Source: Stramenopiles sp. TOSAG23-3
Taxonomy: Eukaryota
Length of the DNA: 37,778 bases
NCBI GenBank assembly: GCA_900128585.1
Contig: LT642190.1
Span: 1-37,778, forward strand
Direction: 5' to 3'
The notes beneath the pieces are model-generated. The model saw nothing but the letters and a program-made list of their open reading frames with translations. It searched no databases and was not told the origin of the DNA. Numbering within the stretch: the stretch's first letter is position 1; each line of letters begins with the position of its first letter. The translations under genes were made by a program, and so were the position numbers. Below, one piece after another: positions 10,097 to 20,137 of this stretch.

Positions 10097-11903
10097 ATGG
10101 CGTGCGGCTGCCTTCTTCTCCTCCTTCTCGTTCACCCGTCCGTGGTGCGTGCCTCGGAGGAAAACCACGAGTACCAGGAGAAGGAGAACGTTTACCTGTG
10201 GCAGAATAAGGTCGGCCCGTACCACAACCCGCAGGAGACATACCCGTACTTTCAGCTGCCGTTCTGCAAACCGGTCGACACCCCGCCCGACCTTCCGGAG
10301 GCCAAGTACGGGGGCCTCGGGGAGGTCCTCGAGGGGCACGGGTTCGTCCAGAGCGGGATCGCCGTCCATTTCGGGGAAGACGTCCAGGACAGGAAGCTGT
10401 GCCAAAAGGTATTGACGAAGGAGGACGCCGACGTCTTCGACAACGCCGTGCGCCACCACTACTGGTACCAGTTGTACCTCGACGACCTGCCCGTGTGGGG
10501 GATGGTCGGACAGATAAACCAGGACACCACGCGGACCGGGGCGGACGTCGACGAGCGGGGGGCCGCGGACGTCCAGACCTTCGTGTACACCCGGAAGGAG
10601 CTGACCATCTTTCGGAACAAGGGGCAGATCATCGAGATCAACCTGAAGTCGAAGAACCCGGTCGAAGTCAAGGCCGGGGCCGAGCTCAGCTTCACCTACT
10701 CGGTCGCGTGGACGGACACGGAGAAGGCCTTCGGGACGCGGTTCAACCGGTACTTGGACAACACGTTCTTCGAGCACCAGATCCACTGGTTCTCGATCTT
10801 CAACTCGTTCATGATGGTCGTCTTCCTGGTCGGCGTCGTCTGCCTGATCCTCCTCCGCACGCTTCGGGCGGACTACGCAAAGTACATGCGGGACGAGGAC
10901 GACTTGGACTCCACGGAGCGGGGGGTCGGGGAAGACGTCGGGTGGAAGCAGGTCCACGGGGACATCTTTCGACGGCCGAACTACATCATGTTCTTCACCG
11001 CCCTCCTCGGGACCGGGGTCCAGCTCGTGTTCCTCATCTTCTTCATGATAGTCTTGGCGATCGCCCAGTCCGTATACTCGGAGCGCGGGGCCATGGCCTC
11101 CAGCTTCATCGCGTGCTGGGCGCTCACGTCCTTCCCGGCCGGGTACTACAGTGGCTCGTTTTACAAGAGCCACTTTTACCCAAACCCCTCGCCGGACTGG
11201 ATCAAGGTCTTCGTGCTCACGGCCACGATCCTGCCCTCGATCGCGGGGGGGCGTGCTGCTCTCGCTGAACTCGATCGGGCTGACGTACGGGACCCACACC
11301 ATCCCGACGAGTGCTGTCGTCACCATCGTGGTCATATGGCTCGTCGTGGTCGTCCCGCTGACGCTAGGGGGGACCATCTTGGGGCGCCAGTGGGGCGGGG
11401 CCTCGGACTGGCCGTGCCGGATCAACGCCTTCCCCCGCCCCATCCCGGCGAAGCCCTGGTACTCCCAGCGCTGGTTCCTGGTCCTGGCGAGCGGGGTCCT
11501 GCCCTTTGGGAGCATCTTTATTGAAATGTGGTTCATCTTTACCTCGTTTTGGAACTACAAGTTCTACTACGTATATGGGTTCATGATGCTTGTGTTCCTG
11601 ATTTTGTCGATCGTTACCATGTGCGTCGCGATCGTGGCCACCTACTTTTTAGTCAACTCGGAAGACTGGAGGTGGTGGTGGACGTCCTTCCTGGCCGGGG
11701 CGTCGACGTCCATTTACGTGTTTTTCTACAGCGTGTACTATTTTTTTGCAAAGACCCACATGCACGGGTTCTTGCAAACGGCGTTCTACTTTGGGTACAC
11801 ATTCCTGTTTTGTGCGGCCCTTGCGCTGGTGTGCGGGACCACCGGGTTGATCAGTAGCAAGTGGTTCGTGTCCCGGATATACGGCAACATCAAGATCGAT
11901 TGA
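10097..11903 (+). CDS. Transmembrane 9 superfamily (EMP70/nonaspanin, TM9SF3-like) protein with a +1 frameshift in the G7 run at 11245-11251
   Basis: Signal peptide, NKVGPYHNPQETY.YF.LPFC, DDLPVWG, HQIHWFSIFNS and GWKQVHGDIFR in one frame. PCRINAFPRPIP, GVLPFGSIFIE, EDWRWWWTSF and terminal IYGNIKID in the other frame. Removing one G joins them (SIAGGVLLSLN). Confidence 0.92.
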
Positions 11904-12089
11904 AGCAAGGGAGGGGAACTGACGCGTGTTAAAAACAACGAAACAAAACCATTCGGGAAGCGTTTGGTCAGCTCAACAACTTTCTCTTGAGATAAGTACA
12001 TATACGATTCTTATGTTGTAAAGAGTACTCTTTCTAACCTTACATACGTACCTACGCAAATACCTTCTCAAATCTCTTCGCCCTGAACT

Positions 12090-14549
12090 CTACGAATGGT
12101 TCAACACGCCGAAGAACCTGGCCATCCAGTATGGCAAGAGCCAGGCCCCCGCGTCGTCCTCCGACATTCCCGAGCCGGAGGCGGTCACGATCCAGGGGTT
12201 TCCGTTCCAAAGCCCTTGCATGCGTTCGTTGCTCGGGAGGGGCGGCCTGGTGTGGAGGGATTGGACATCCTTGACGCCGAAACGGGTCACGGCAAGGTCG
12301 TAAAGGATGTCCTGCCGTTCGGCGTTGCTCACCGGCCAACGGATCAGCTCCAATGGCCACGTCCGCAAATTCCAGACAATGTCCCGGACGATGCTGTCGT
12401 CCTGGTTTCCAGACGTTGCCAGGTAGATGGCGTCCCACAAGTCAGGTCGCTCGGGCCGAACGATTTGAAACGTGCGCTCCATGCTTGTCAGCACTGGCGC
12501 GCGGTCAAACGGGCACGTCGAGCTGTTCTGGCAGAAAAACAAAAACGTAAAGTATGGCAGGAACGTTAGCTCGTCGTCGCTGTAATTATCGTCGGACGGG
12601 GCCGTAATCTTCAAGTTCATCACGTTTTCGTTGTACTGGTTCGTCTCGTTCGTCAATTCGCGGTAATGCCCCAGAAGTTCTTCCCGGCACGTATCGTTCG
12701 CAAAGTGGTACGCTGCCGAAAGGTAGGCCAACATCTGCATCGAGTTCACCCCTCGGCCGTCGCTCCATGGACGAAAATCGTTCAATTGGGCCGGGTCCCA
12801 CTGCCCCCACGACGTTGGCTTTCCCGTCCAATCGATCAACTTGTACCCGTTACGGACAAGGCCAAGGACAAAATTGCTCAGCAGCGTTCCCGCCAGCTCG
12901 CGCTCGGACGGGACTGGGGACAGTTTTGCGACCAGGCTGAGCGCAAACACGTGCCCGGTCGTCTCATCGCTCGACGTGTCGCTCTTCCAGCTCCAACCCT
13001 CGTAGTTCGGGTTCGTAGAGTTGCGCCACTGCCCGGGTTTTCCCCCCGTGCCGCACTTTACAAACGGTTCTTCGCTGGGGGCACACAGGCTTCTGGCCAT
13101 CAGCCCACGAATCCCCGTCACCTCGTTCAGGCGAACCATCCCCCCAAAAAAGGTGGACGCGAATTTAAGATCTTCCGGGGCCTTGGTGATGGAATACTTA
13201 AAGTACCCTGCCGCGACGACAAGGGACGTCCACAACCCGTTGTTGTCGTTGTCGGAACACACCGTCTTTGAATTGTCTCCAAACGATGGCAGTTGACACT
13301 GCGCCGTCAGCCCGTTGCGGTTGTGGCGTTCCAATTGGATGGTTTGGAACACTTCGGCCTTGCCTTCCAGTGTCCACTCCTGCTGTTCAAGGACTGTGAT
13401 GCCCTCTTCCGCCACTGCAACGATCGTGTCCCCCATCAGCTTCGCGTCCACCTTTCGCGGGACCACCGCCAATCGTTTTATTGTGCTGCCGGCAAGCCAC
13501 CGCTCTTTGTGCAAATACCTGAATTCGGGGTCGCTCCCTTTCTCCCACACGGACAGGCCGGAAGTTGTCCCGATCCATAGCTGGGCAACGTTTTCCCCTT
13601 GCACGTTGCGAACGGCAGTTGCAAACGCAATGCAGGTGATGTTGGATGTGGGGAGGCCCTTGTCGCCGTTCACGGTCGTGTACGTCCCGTTGTCCCCAAA
13701 CCGAACATTCAAATTGTTCTGCGTTCCAATGAATAGATCAGCGCCGCCGTTGAAATCATTCGAAAATGCGAGGGAAGTGACCGTCGAAGACAGGACGCCG
13801 CCCGCACCAGATTCAATGTCTGTCACCCATTCAAACCTCATAATGCGCTCCGCATTGAAATAATCGATGTGCCAGAGCTTTTCACTACTTCCGACCACCA
13901 CGGTCGGGGGACTGGCCAACCCGCTCGCGGCATTGCCCGACACGGCGACGGACAGCAACGGCAAAGTAGACATCCCCGGGACTTCCTGGACCTGCCCGAT
14001 CTTTCCCGCAGCGTCGATGGCAACTGTCAGTAGCCCCGCGGTCCCAACGCACCACACCCTGGTCACCTCCCCGGCCTTCGTCTGGTCCAAGCTAGCGGCC
14101 ACGTCGTTGATATCGCCGCGAGAACCAAACGCTTTGCAGTCGATGGCTTTGCATGATGACTGGGACGCGGAAAACGAGCAGCTCAGCGAGCAGAACTGGT
14201 CCGGGGATGCAAACCCTACAAGCGCCCCGTTGAACGCGACGAGCCTGGACCCTCCCGGAAGGTCGGCCTGGTCAAACGCAACCGCAGCAAAGGCCGGGCC
14301 AAAGAACATCTTCCCCTCTGCCAACACGACGAACCCTTCCTTGACAGCCACCACATCCTTCCCTGGCGTAGCAGTAGGAAATACAGGCCAGGACGGCGGA
14401 ACGTTGGATTTTGCCCCCTTGTAAAGTGCACGCTGCGGGACAACTTCAACGTACGAAGCCGGGGGGCTAAACGCCGCCGACGCCACACTGACCCCAAACA
14501 CCACTACCACCAAACGAAACCACCGATTTTGTAGTAGAATTCCCATCAT
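12090..14549 (-). CDS. Secreted 819-aa protein: beta-propeller-like N-half plus a helical, possibly glycosidase-like C-domain
   Basis: Signal peptide; propeller-like repeats (GLPTSNITCIA, LWIGTTSGL, LFIGTQNNL); acidic motifs DNDNNGLWTS, WKSDTSSDETTGH, NYSDDELTF, WLLPYWMARF. Confidence 0.7.
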   Translation of the reverse strand: MMGILLQNRWFRLVVVVFGVSVASAAFSPPASYVEVVPQRALYKGAKSNVPPSWPVFPTATPGKDVVAVKEGFVVLAEGKMFFGPAFAAVAFDQADLPGGSRLVAFNGALVGFASPDQFCSLSCSFSASQSSCKAIDCKAFGSRGDINDVAASLDQTKAGEVTRVWCVGTAGLLTVAIDAAGKIGQVQEVPGMSTLPLLSVAVSGNAASGLASPPTVVVGSSEKLWHIDYFNAERIMRFEWVTDIESGAGGVLSSTVTSLAFSNDFNGGADLFIGTQNNLNVRFGDNGTYTTVNGDKGLPTSNITCIAFATAVRNVQGENVAQLWIGTTSGLSVWEKGSDPEFRYLHKERWLAGSTIKRLAVVPRKVDAKLMGDTIVAVAEEGITVLEQQEWTLEGKAEVFQTIQLERHNRNGLTAQCQLPSFGDNSKTVCSDNDNNGLWTSLVVAAGYFKYSITKAPEDLKFASTFFGGMVRLNEVTGIRGLMARSLCAPSEEPFVKCGTGGKPGQWRNSTNPNYEGWSWKSDTSSDETTGHVFALSLVAKLSPVPSERELAGTLLSNFVLGLVRNGYKLIDWTGKPTSWGQWDPAQLNDFRPWSDGRGVNSMQMLAYLSAAYHFANDTCREELLGHYRELTNETNQYNENVMNLKITAPSDDNYSDDELTFLPYFTFLFFCQNSSTCPFDRAPVLTSMERTFQIVRPERPDLWDAIYLATSGNQDDSIVRDIVWNLRTWPLELIRWPVSNAERQDILYDLAVTRFGVKDVQSLHTRPPLPSNERMQGLWNGNPWIVTASGSGMSEDDAGAWLLPYWMARFFGVLNHS

Positions 14550-15312
14550 TCAATGCTGCTTATTCACAGATACAGATAGAATATATTGACAAATTGATAG
14601 ACAAGCGTGCATTAATTGTATCTAATTTCTTTCATCGTTTTGTTAACATTCCTTTGTTATATATATACTCGGAGAATATAAAGGGAAGATTAATAACTTC
14701 AAATGTTTATAATATACTTTCTTCTTTTCTATTATTGTGTTCTTCTTCTTCTTTCCTTTCTTCTTTCTTTCTCCTCTGTGAAAAAAAAGAAAGAAACGAA
14801 AGAACTCCTCCTCTGCTCAAACCATTTAGATTAAGGAAACTATCAGATTACGCTCAACTCTTTCTATCTTATTAAATATTAAATAAATAAATAATAATAC
14901 AATAATACTTAATTATAGAAGAAGAAATGAGAAAAAAGTTCTTCTTTCTTTCTTTCTTTCTTCAATCAATCAAAAAAAATAATCACAAAAATTTCTTCAT
15001 TCTTCTTTTTTCTTTTTTTCATTCTTACTTCTCTCTTCTTTTCTTCATTCATTCTTTTTCCTTCCCTAATTTTTCTTGGCGGAGCAACGAGAGGAAAGGA
15101 GGGTAGAAGAAGTTCTTCTTTCTTCGTTCGGTACCCGTTTTTTTTTGTAGGTTTGTTGTTTCTTCTAGACTGAGAAGAGTTGAGTTCGGGTTTCTTTGTA
15201 TGGTTTGGTTTTGTGTGAATTTATCCTTTTCGTCCTTTCTACTTTCTACCCTGCTCTGATCGTTTGGTTGAAACGATTGTTGTTTTTTAAACGAAGAAAC
15301 CCCTCAAACAAT

Positions 15313-16245
15313 ATGGCGTTGAATATGCACGAGGAAGGGGTGAACCCCCCGGACAACGGGTGGCAACAGTCAGTTGGGTTGAAGTATTTGCCTGTGCGTT
15401 TGTTTGGTGTGCCAAGGGAACATTTGCCCCGCGACTTGCTCGAGAAGCGCAACGCGGCCCTTCACGCCGTCGTCGCAGAGGTGTGTTTCTGTGCGGTGTG
15501 CATTCCGGTAGGGGCTGCGGTACGGTCCGGGGTGTTGAAAGCAAGTGTCTACCTGAACGTAATCACGTTGTTGATGGGATTCCTGGGGCTTTGGGCGTCG
15601 GCCGTGTTGCGCGGGCCGTGGATCATGTCACATTACACTTCAATCTTTGCCACGTCGATTCTGTTTATTGTCTACTGCACAATTGTTTTTGCCGCTACCC
15701 AGAGCGAAAGCGCGCTGGTGCTCTTGGTCCTTGTCGTTTTTATCGTACCGGACATTATCGCCGCAGTGCTTACCATGCGTCTGTTTAAAGCGTACTTGGG
15801 TTTCAGGAAAAACGTTGCCGGGGGTCAGTTTGCAGCGGTCATAACGGCCGCCACCAACGAGGACGCAACGGTAGCGCCGGGCATCGAAGCATTACCGCGC
15901 CCTGCGGAGCCACGGCAAGGACCAAGTGGCGACCAAACGAGGGCCAACGTGTCCGAACAGTTAGCGAGGCACCACTCCATCCCCGACACCCCGGAGCTGT
16001 ACCGCTGCCCAATTACAACAGAAATTATGAACGACCCCGTCAACGCCGAGGACGGATACACGTACGAGCGGGCATCCATATCGGAGTGGTTAAAAAACAA
16101 CAACAAAAGCCCGATGACGAACTTAGAAATGGGGAAAAACCTTGTGCCAAACAACAGCCTGCGAAGTGCGATCATGGAGTTTGTCGAGTCCTACGAGCGC
16201 CAGAGCAAAGGCACGGACACTGATGTCCCGGACGCTGATTGTTAA
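15313..16245 (+). CDS. Membrane-anchored U-box E3 ubiquitin ligase-like protein (about 4 TM helices plus C-terminal U-box)
   Basis: U-box PELYRCPITTEIMNDPV.AEDGYTYER..I.EWL....KSPMTN..M...LVPN..LRSAI, preceded by four hydrophobic segments. First ATG at 15313. Confidence 0.85.
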   Translation: MALNMHEEGVNPPDNGWQQSVGLKYLPVRLFGVPREHLPRDLLEKRNAALHAVVAEVCFCAVCIPVGAAVRSGVLKASVYLNVITLLMGFLGLWASAVLRGPWIMSHYTSIFATSILFIVYCTIVFAATQSESALVLLVLVVFIVPDIIAAVLTMRLFKAYLGFRKNVAGGQFAAVITAATNEDATVAPGIEALPRPAEPRQGPSGDQTRANVSEQLARHHSIPDTPELYRCPITTEIMNDPVNAEDGYTYERASISEWLKNNNKSPMTNLEMGKNLVPNNSLRSAIMEFVESYERQSKGTDTDVPDADC

Positions 16246-16395
16246 GTTCTTATACAATGCAAAGTGCGGGAGAGAAGAGGGTGCCGAACAGAAAAATGGC
16301 TGTAATTTAATGACGTAATTCAAATTTATCTTCTATATCATCAATATACCGCATTGACCTGGGGATTCCTTCAATCTGTGTTGCTGTGAAGAATC

Positions 16396-17838
16396 TTAAA
16401 AAAAGCCATCGTTTGATTTCGAGCGGGTGCTGATTTTTGAGAGTTTCATGGCATCGGCTGCGTCGGCCTGAAGACTCAGCCACTTCATCGTTTCGATAAA
16501 TGCTTCGAAATCCACTCGATGTGTCTTGTCGCTCATGCGAAAGCCCTCGAGTCTCTCCAGCATGGCATACGCCTCGTCCAGTTCCAGGCAGTTCCCTTTC
16601 TGCATCAGCAGCTTAATAAGGTCATTCTTATCGATGGTGCTCTCTCCTTTCGCCAGAATCTTAAACGCGTCCTTTATGTCCGCCTCCGTATCAAGTCGAA
16701 AAAATCCTGCCGGCAGCGGCGCCCTCGCGTTCACGGCAGCAGGCAGCGTGCGCGGGTTCTCGTTTGGCTGTGGGACGGGCATGCAGCGCGGCGTGTTGCA
16801 CCGGCGCCGTGACAAATCATTTTTGCGGTGGATTGTGGCCAGCATATGCCTCATGTCTTTCTCACGGTTTTTGTACTCGTACCCCGACTTTCGCTTTCGG
16901 TAGTACGCATTCATTTCTTTTTGCAATGCTTTCTTCCGTTCGATCCGGTACAACCGCTTTCTAATTTCCTCCGCCTTCGGCTTGGAGTACGCTTTTACCG
17001 TTTTCAGCTTCATCAGATCCAGCCTGTCTCGAACGCGAATCTTTCTATTCCACTCTACCATCTTTTGCTGAGTAGAAGTCGCCATGCCTGCGTTGAACAA
17101 AAACACCTCCTCCTTTGCCCATGCATTTCGCCATTCTTTCTTCGCCGTGCTTGGTCGACTTTTCTTCCGAGACGATGACCGTGCCGATCGAGCGTTGGCC
17201 GTCCGGGGCCGGGGCTTTCGTGCCTCCCTCCTCCCCAACTTCTGCACCATTTTCTTCCGTCGCTCCTCCCGGTGTTCCTGCTTATGTCGCTTTATATTTT
17301 CTTCCCACTTGGTCTGGGCCGCAACCATGCGTTCTTCCTTCTTCAACCCCATTTCACGCGCCCGCAGCAAAAACTTGTACTCTTCGTCCGTCAACGACCC
17401 TTTCCACTTCAGGAACCTCTTGAAAAGCGCGGCCATGATGGGGGAATACTTGCACGCAAGCCACAAGGGCGTCTCTCCAATGGTGTTTCTAGCGTGGAGA
17501 TCGGCGACTTCTCCGGACCCCCCACCGTGCAACAACAGTGCCCCAATCCGTACGCAGTCACCCAGCCGTTTTGGACTCCCGTGGTGCTTGCGGGCAGCCT
17601 GTACACAGTAGTAGAGGGGCGTATTCCAATGCATGTTCCGTTGGTTTGCCGTATATTTTCGTAATGCCAAGTATCGTCTCACCAAAACAACATCTACCCT
17701 TTGCACCGCGGACCATATCGTTGCCTTACGGTCTTTCTTCAACCCAGAACACCCCTCAAATCCTACAGGCGTTACTGCCGGATCTTGCGCCGGGGTCAAG
17801 AAAGGGGGTTTCAAGATTTTGGGAGTCGGAGTCAACAT
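16396..17838 (-). CDS. Ankyrin-repeat, coiled-coil and degenerate EF-hand protein
   Basis: ANK motifs WNTPLYYCV and GETPLWLAC; basic coiled-coil middle; calmodulin-like C-lobe (DIKDAFKIL..IDKNDL..EAYAML..VDFEAFIETM). Confidence 0.7.
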   Translation of the reverse strand: MLTPTPKILKPPFLTPAQDPAVTPVGFEGCSGLKKDRKATIWSAVQRVDVVLVRRYLALRKYTANQRNMHWNTPLYYCVQAARKHHGSPKRLGDCVRIGALLLHGGGSGEVADLHARNTIGETPLWLACKYSPIMAALFKRFLKWKGSLTDEEYKFLLRAREMGLKKEERMVAAQTKWEENIKRHKQEHREERRKKMVQKLGRREARKPRPRTANARSARSSSRKKSRPSTAKKEWRNAWAKEEVFLFNAGMATSTQQKMVEWNRKIRVRDRLDLMKLKTVKAYSKPKAEEIRKRLYRIERKKALQKEMNAYYRKRKSGYEYKNREKDMRHMLATIHRKNDLSRRRCNTPRCMPVPQPNENPRTLPAAVNARAPLPAGFFRLDTEADIKDAFKILAKGESTIDKNDLIKLLMQKGNCLELDEAYAMLERLEGFRMSDKTHRVDFEAFIETMKWLSLQADAADAMKLSKISTRSKSNDGFF

Positions 17839-18389
17839 GTAAAAAAGCCCAATATATAAAATCCCAAGTTCAATTCATTCAATCAATCCATACGTTTCTA
17901 CAATTCTTAACAAATATAATTCATTTTTATCTAAACAAACAGATGGATTAAAACCTTTCATTTAACTATTTTGATTAAAGACTTCCTCTTCTTCTTTTTA
18001 TACATAACGCTTTTTCGTTCTTCTTTTCTTTTCTCGTCCCTCTCATTCATATATTTCGTTTCTTCTTTTTTTTGTAACGGAACATTTTTTTTATTATTAT
18101 TATTATTTGTTTTAGGAAGATATTTTGGTTTAAGGTATTTGTCTCTGAATAAATCTGAGATTTTTTGAGCGGCGGTTGAAGTGGGGAGGGGAGGGAGGAG
18201 GGAGGGAGGGACAATAGAAATTAAATTTAAGAAAGAAAGAGTCGAAAGAAAGAAAGAAATTAAATTTAAGAAAGAAAGAAAGAAAGAAAATCAAAGACCA
18301 GAGACCAGAAAAGAAGAAGGAAGGGGAAGTTTATATTCTGTTCGTACTTACAAGTTAATGAACACTTGTGGACTGGCTCTCAACGCACA

Positions 18390-19850
18390 ATGAGCACCCG
18401 AATGGTCGTATTGGCAGTCTTTGCATGGTTCTGTGCCACCCTCCAGTTCGCTGCGGCGACCCCCTCGCAGGTTCATCTCTCCTACACAGGGAGCGACGAG
18501 GGCGAAATGATGGTATCGTACGTCACGATGAAAGACACGGTGGATTCTGTTGCGAAAGTGCGACCGTACCAATCACAGGAACAGTGGACGGAGTTTTCTG
18601 GGAACAGTGTGAAATTTGTCGACGGCGGGTCGAAGAGGTCCGTCCGTTTTGTGCACCGTGTTGTGATGTCCGGGTTGCAGGCGGCAGCAGCGTACGAGTA
18701 CATGGTCGGGGATGAAAAGGATGGGTGGTCGACGGTGTACAAATTCAACGCAATGCGTTCGATGGAGAACAAAACAAAGGATGCTCGCCCGTGGCGTTTC
18801 ATCTGCCTAGCCGACATGGGGCTCGATAACGACCGCACGCTGGAGAACATTACAAACCTGGTACAGACAAGCGCGGACGCTCAGGCACCCTACGACGCAA
18901 TTCTTCACGCCGGCGATTTGGCGTACGATTTTCATGAGAAGCAAGGGACCGTAGGGGACGAGTTTATGGCCGCAATCGAACCCGTCGCTTCCACAGTACC
19001 GTACATGACGTGCCCAGGAAATCACGAGTCCCGTTACAATTTTTCGCACTATCGCAACCGCTTCAGCATGCCGAACTACGAAAGCACTGAAAATTTGTGG
19101 TACAGTTTTAACGTTGGGCCCGTACATTTCGTCTCGTACTCGACCGAAAGTTACTTTGACTACCAGAAAGGAAAGGCGCTGAACGACACTCTGCAGCGCC
19201 AGTACGAATGGCTGCAACAGGATTTAGAGGCCGCCAACAGTGCACGATCCACGCAGCCGTGGATCATTGTCCAAGGGCACAGGCCGCTCTACTGCACGAA
19301 CTGGTACAATGCAACTGTCGGTTGCGGCCCAGAACAAGAACAGTCGAGGCACGGTTCGTACCGACCTGGTGCTGGGAACAATTTCGCTGTGGAGCCGTTG
19401 TTTTACAAGTACGGTGTCGACTTGTGGATTGGTGGGCATGTGCACGATTACACGCGGTACTGGCCAGTCTACAATTTGGAAGTGAAAAATGGAACGACTG
19501 ACCCATCGAATCCTTACCACAACCCGCGTGCGACAACGTACATGACCATCGGTGCGGCGGGAAACCACGAGATGCACTTTTACAACGGCTGTATTCACGA
19601 CGGGGCGTGCGTTTACCCTAGCGAGTCCCCTTACGCCGGCGGCCCTTCCCCCTTTGCCGCATGCACGGCAGGAACGGCGCCAAACTGCCCCGATTTTAAT
19701 TTTGGGGAGATGACCGTGTACAACGAAACACATCTGCACTGGGTCCAGCATTCGAGTGTGCAGAGGAAAACAATCGATGAAATGTGGCTGATTCAGGAAC
19801 ACCATGGAAGCTTTGAAGGTAGAAAATTGTCGGCCGGTAATGCGACTTGA
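18390..19850 (+). CDS. Secreted purple acid phosphatase (ACP7-like metallophosphoesterase)
   Basis: Signal peptide, PSQVHLS N-domain, and the five PAP metal blocks DMG, GDLAYD, GNHE, GHRPLY and GHVH. Confidence 0.93.
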   Translation: MSTRMVVLAVFAWFCATLQFAAATPSQVHLSYTGSDEGEMMVSYVTMKDTVDSVAKVRPYQSQEQWTEFSGNSVKFVDGGSKRSVRFVHRVVMSGLQAAAAYEYMVGDEKDGWSTVYKFNAMRSMENKTKDARPWRFICLADMGLDNDRTLENITNLVQTSADAQAPYDAILHAGDLAYDFHEKQGTVGDEFMAAIEPVASTVPYMTCPGNHESRYNFSHYRNRFSMPNYESTENLWYSFNVGPVHFVSYSTESYFDYQKGKALNDTLQRQYEWLQQDLEAANSARSTQPWIIVQGHRPLYCTNWYNATVGCGPEQEQSRHGSYRPGAGNNFAVEPLFYKYGVDLWIGGHVHDYTRYWPVYNLEVKNGTTDPSNPYHNPRATTYMTIGAAGNHEMHFYNGCIHDGACVYPSESPYAGGPSPFAACTAGTAPNCPDFNFGEMTVYNETHLHWVQHSSVQRKTIDEMWLIQEHHGSFEGRKLSAGNAT

Positions 19851-20137
19851 TGCTTCACCAGTGCCTGACAACGGTTTGAATGGTTTTTGCATGTCTTTCC
19901 GCGTGGGTACAGTGTAACATGTGTATGTTTGTTATGTTTTATCAGGTATTAACAGCCATTGTTTTGTTTTAAAAAGAGTAAATAAGAAAATTACGTACGC
20001 ACACGTATGATATATATCTCAAGTGTGATTAATCATTTTTAAAATAAAAATCCTTTTACAATTTTTTATTATTGGGTGTCAAAATTTTGCCTTCATCTCA
20101 GTCTGCTTTGCTCAGCGAGAAACACAGTATATTTTTT

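Noticed and set aside
18182-18280. G-run cluster and a duplicated 25-bp AGAAATTAAATTTAAGAAAGAAAGA
   Set aside because: Low-complexity promoter DNA; nothing supports a specific function.
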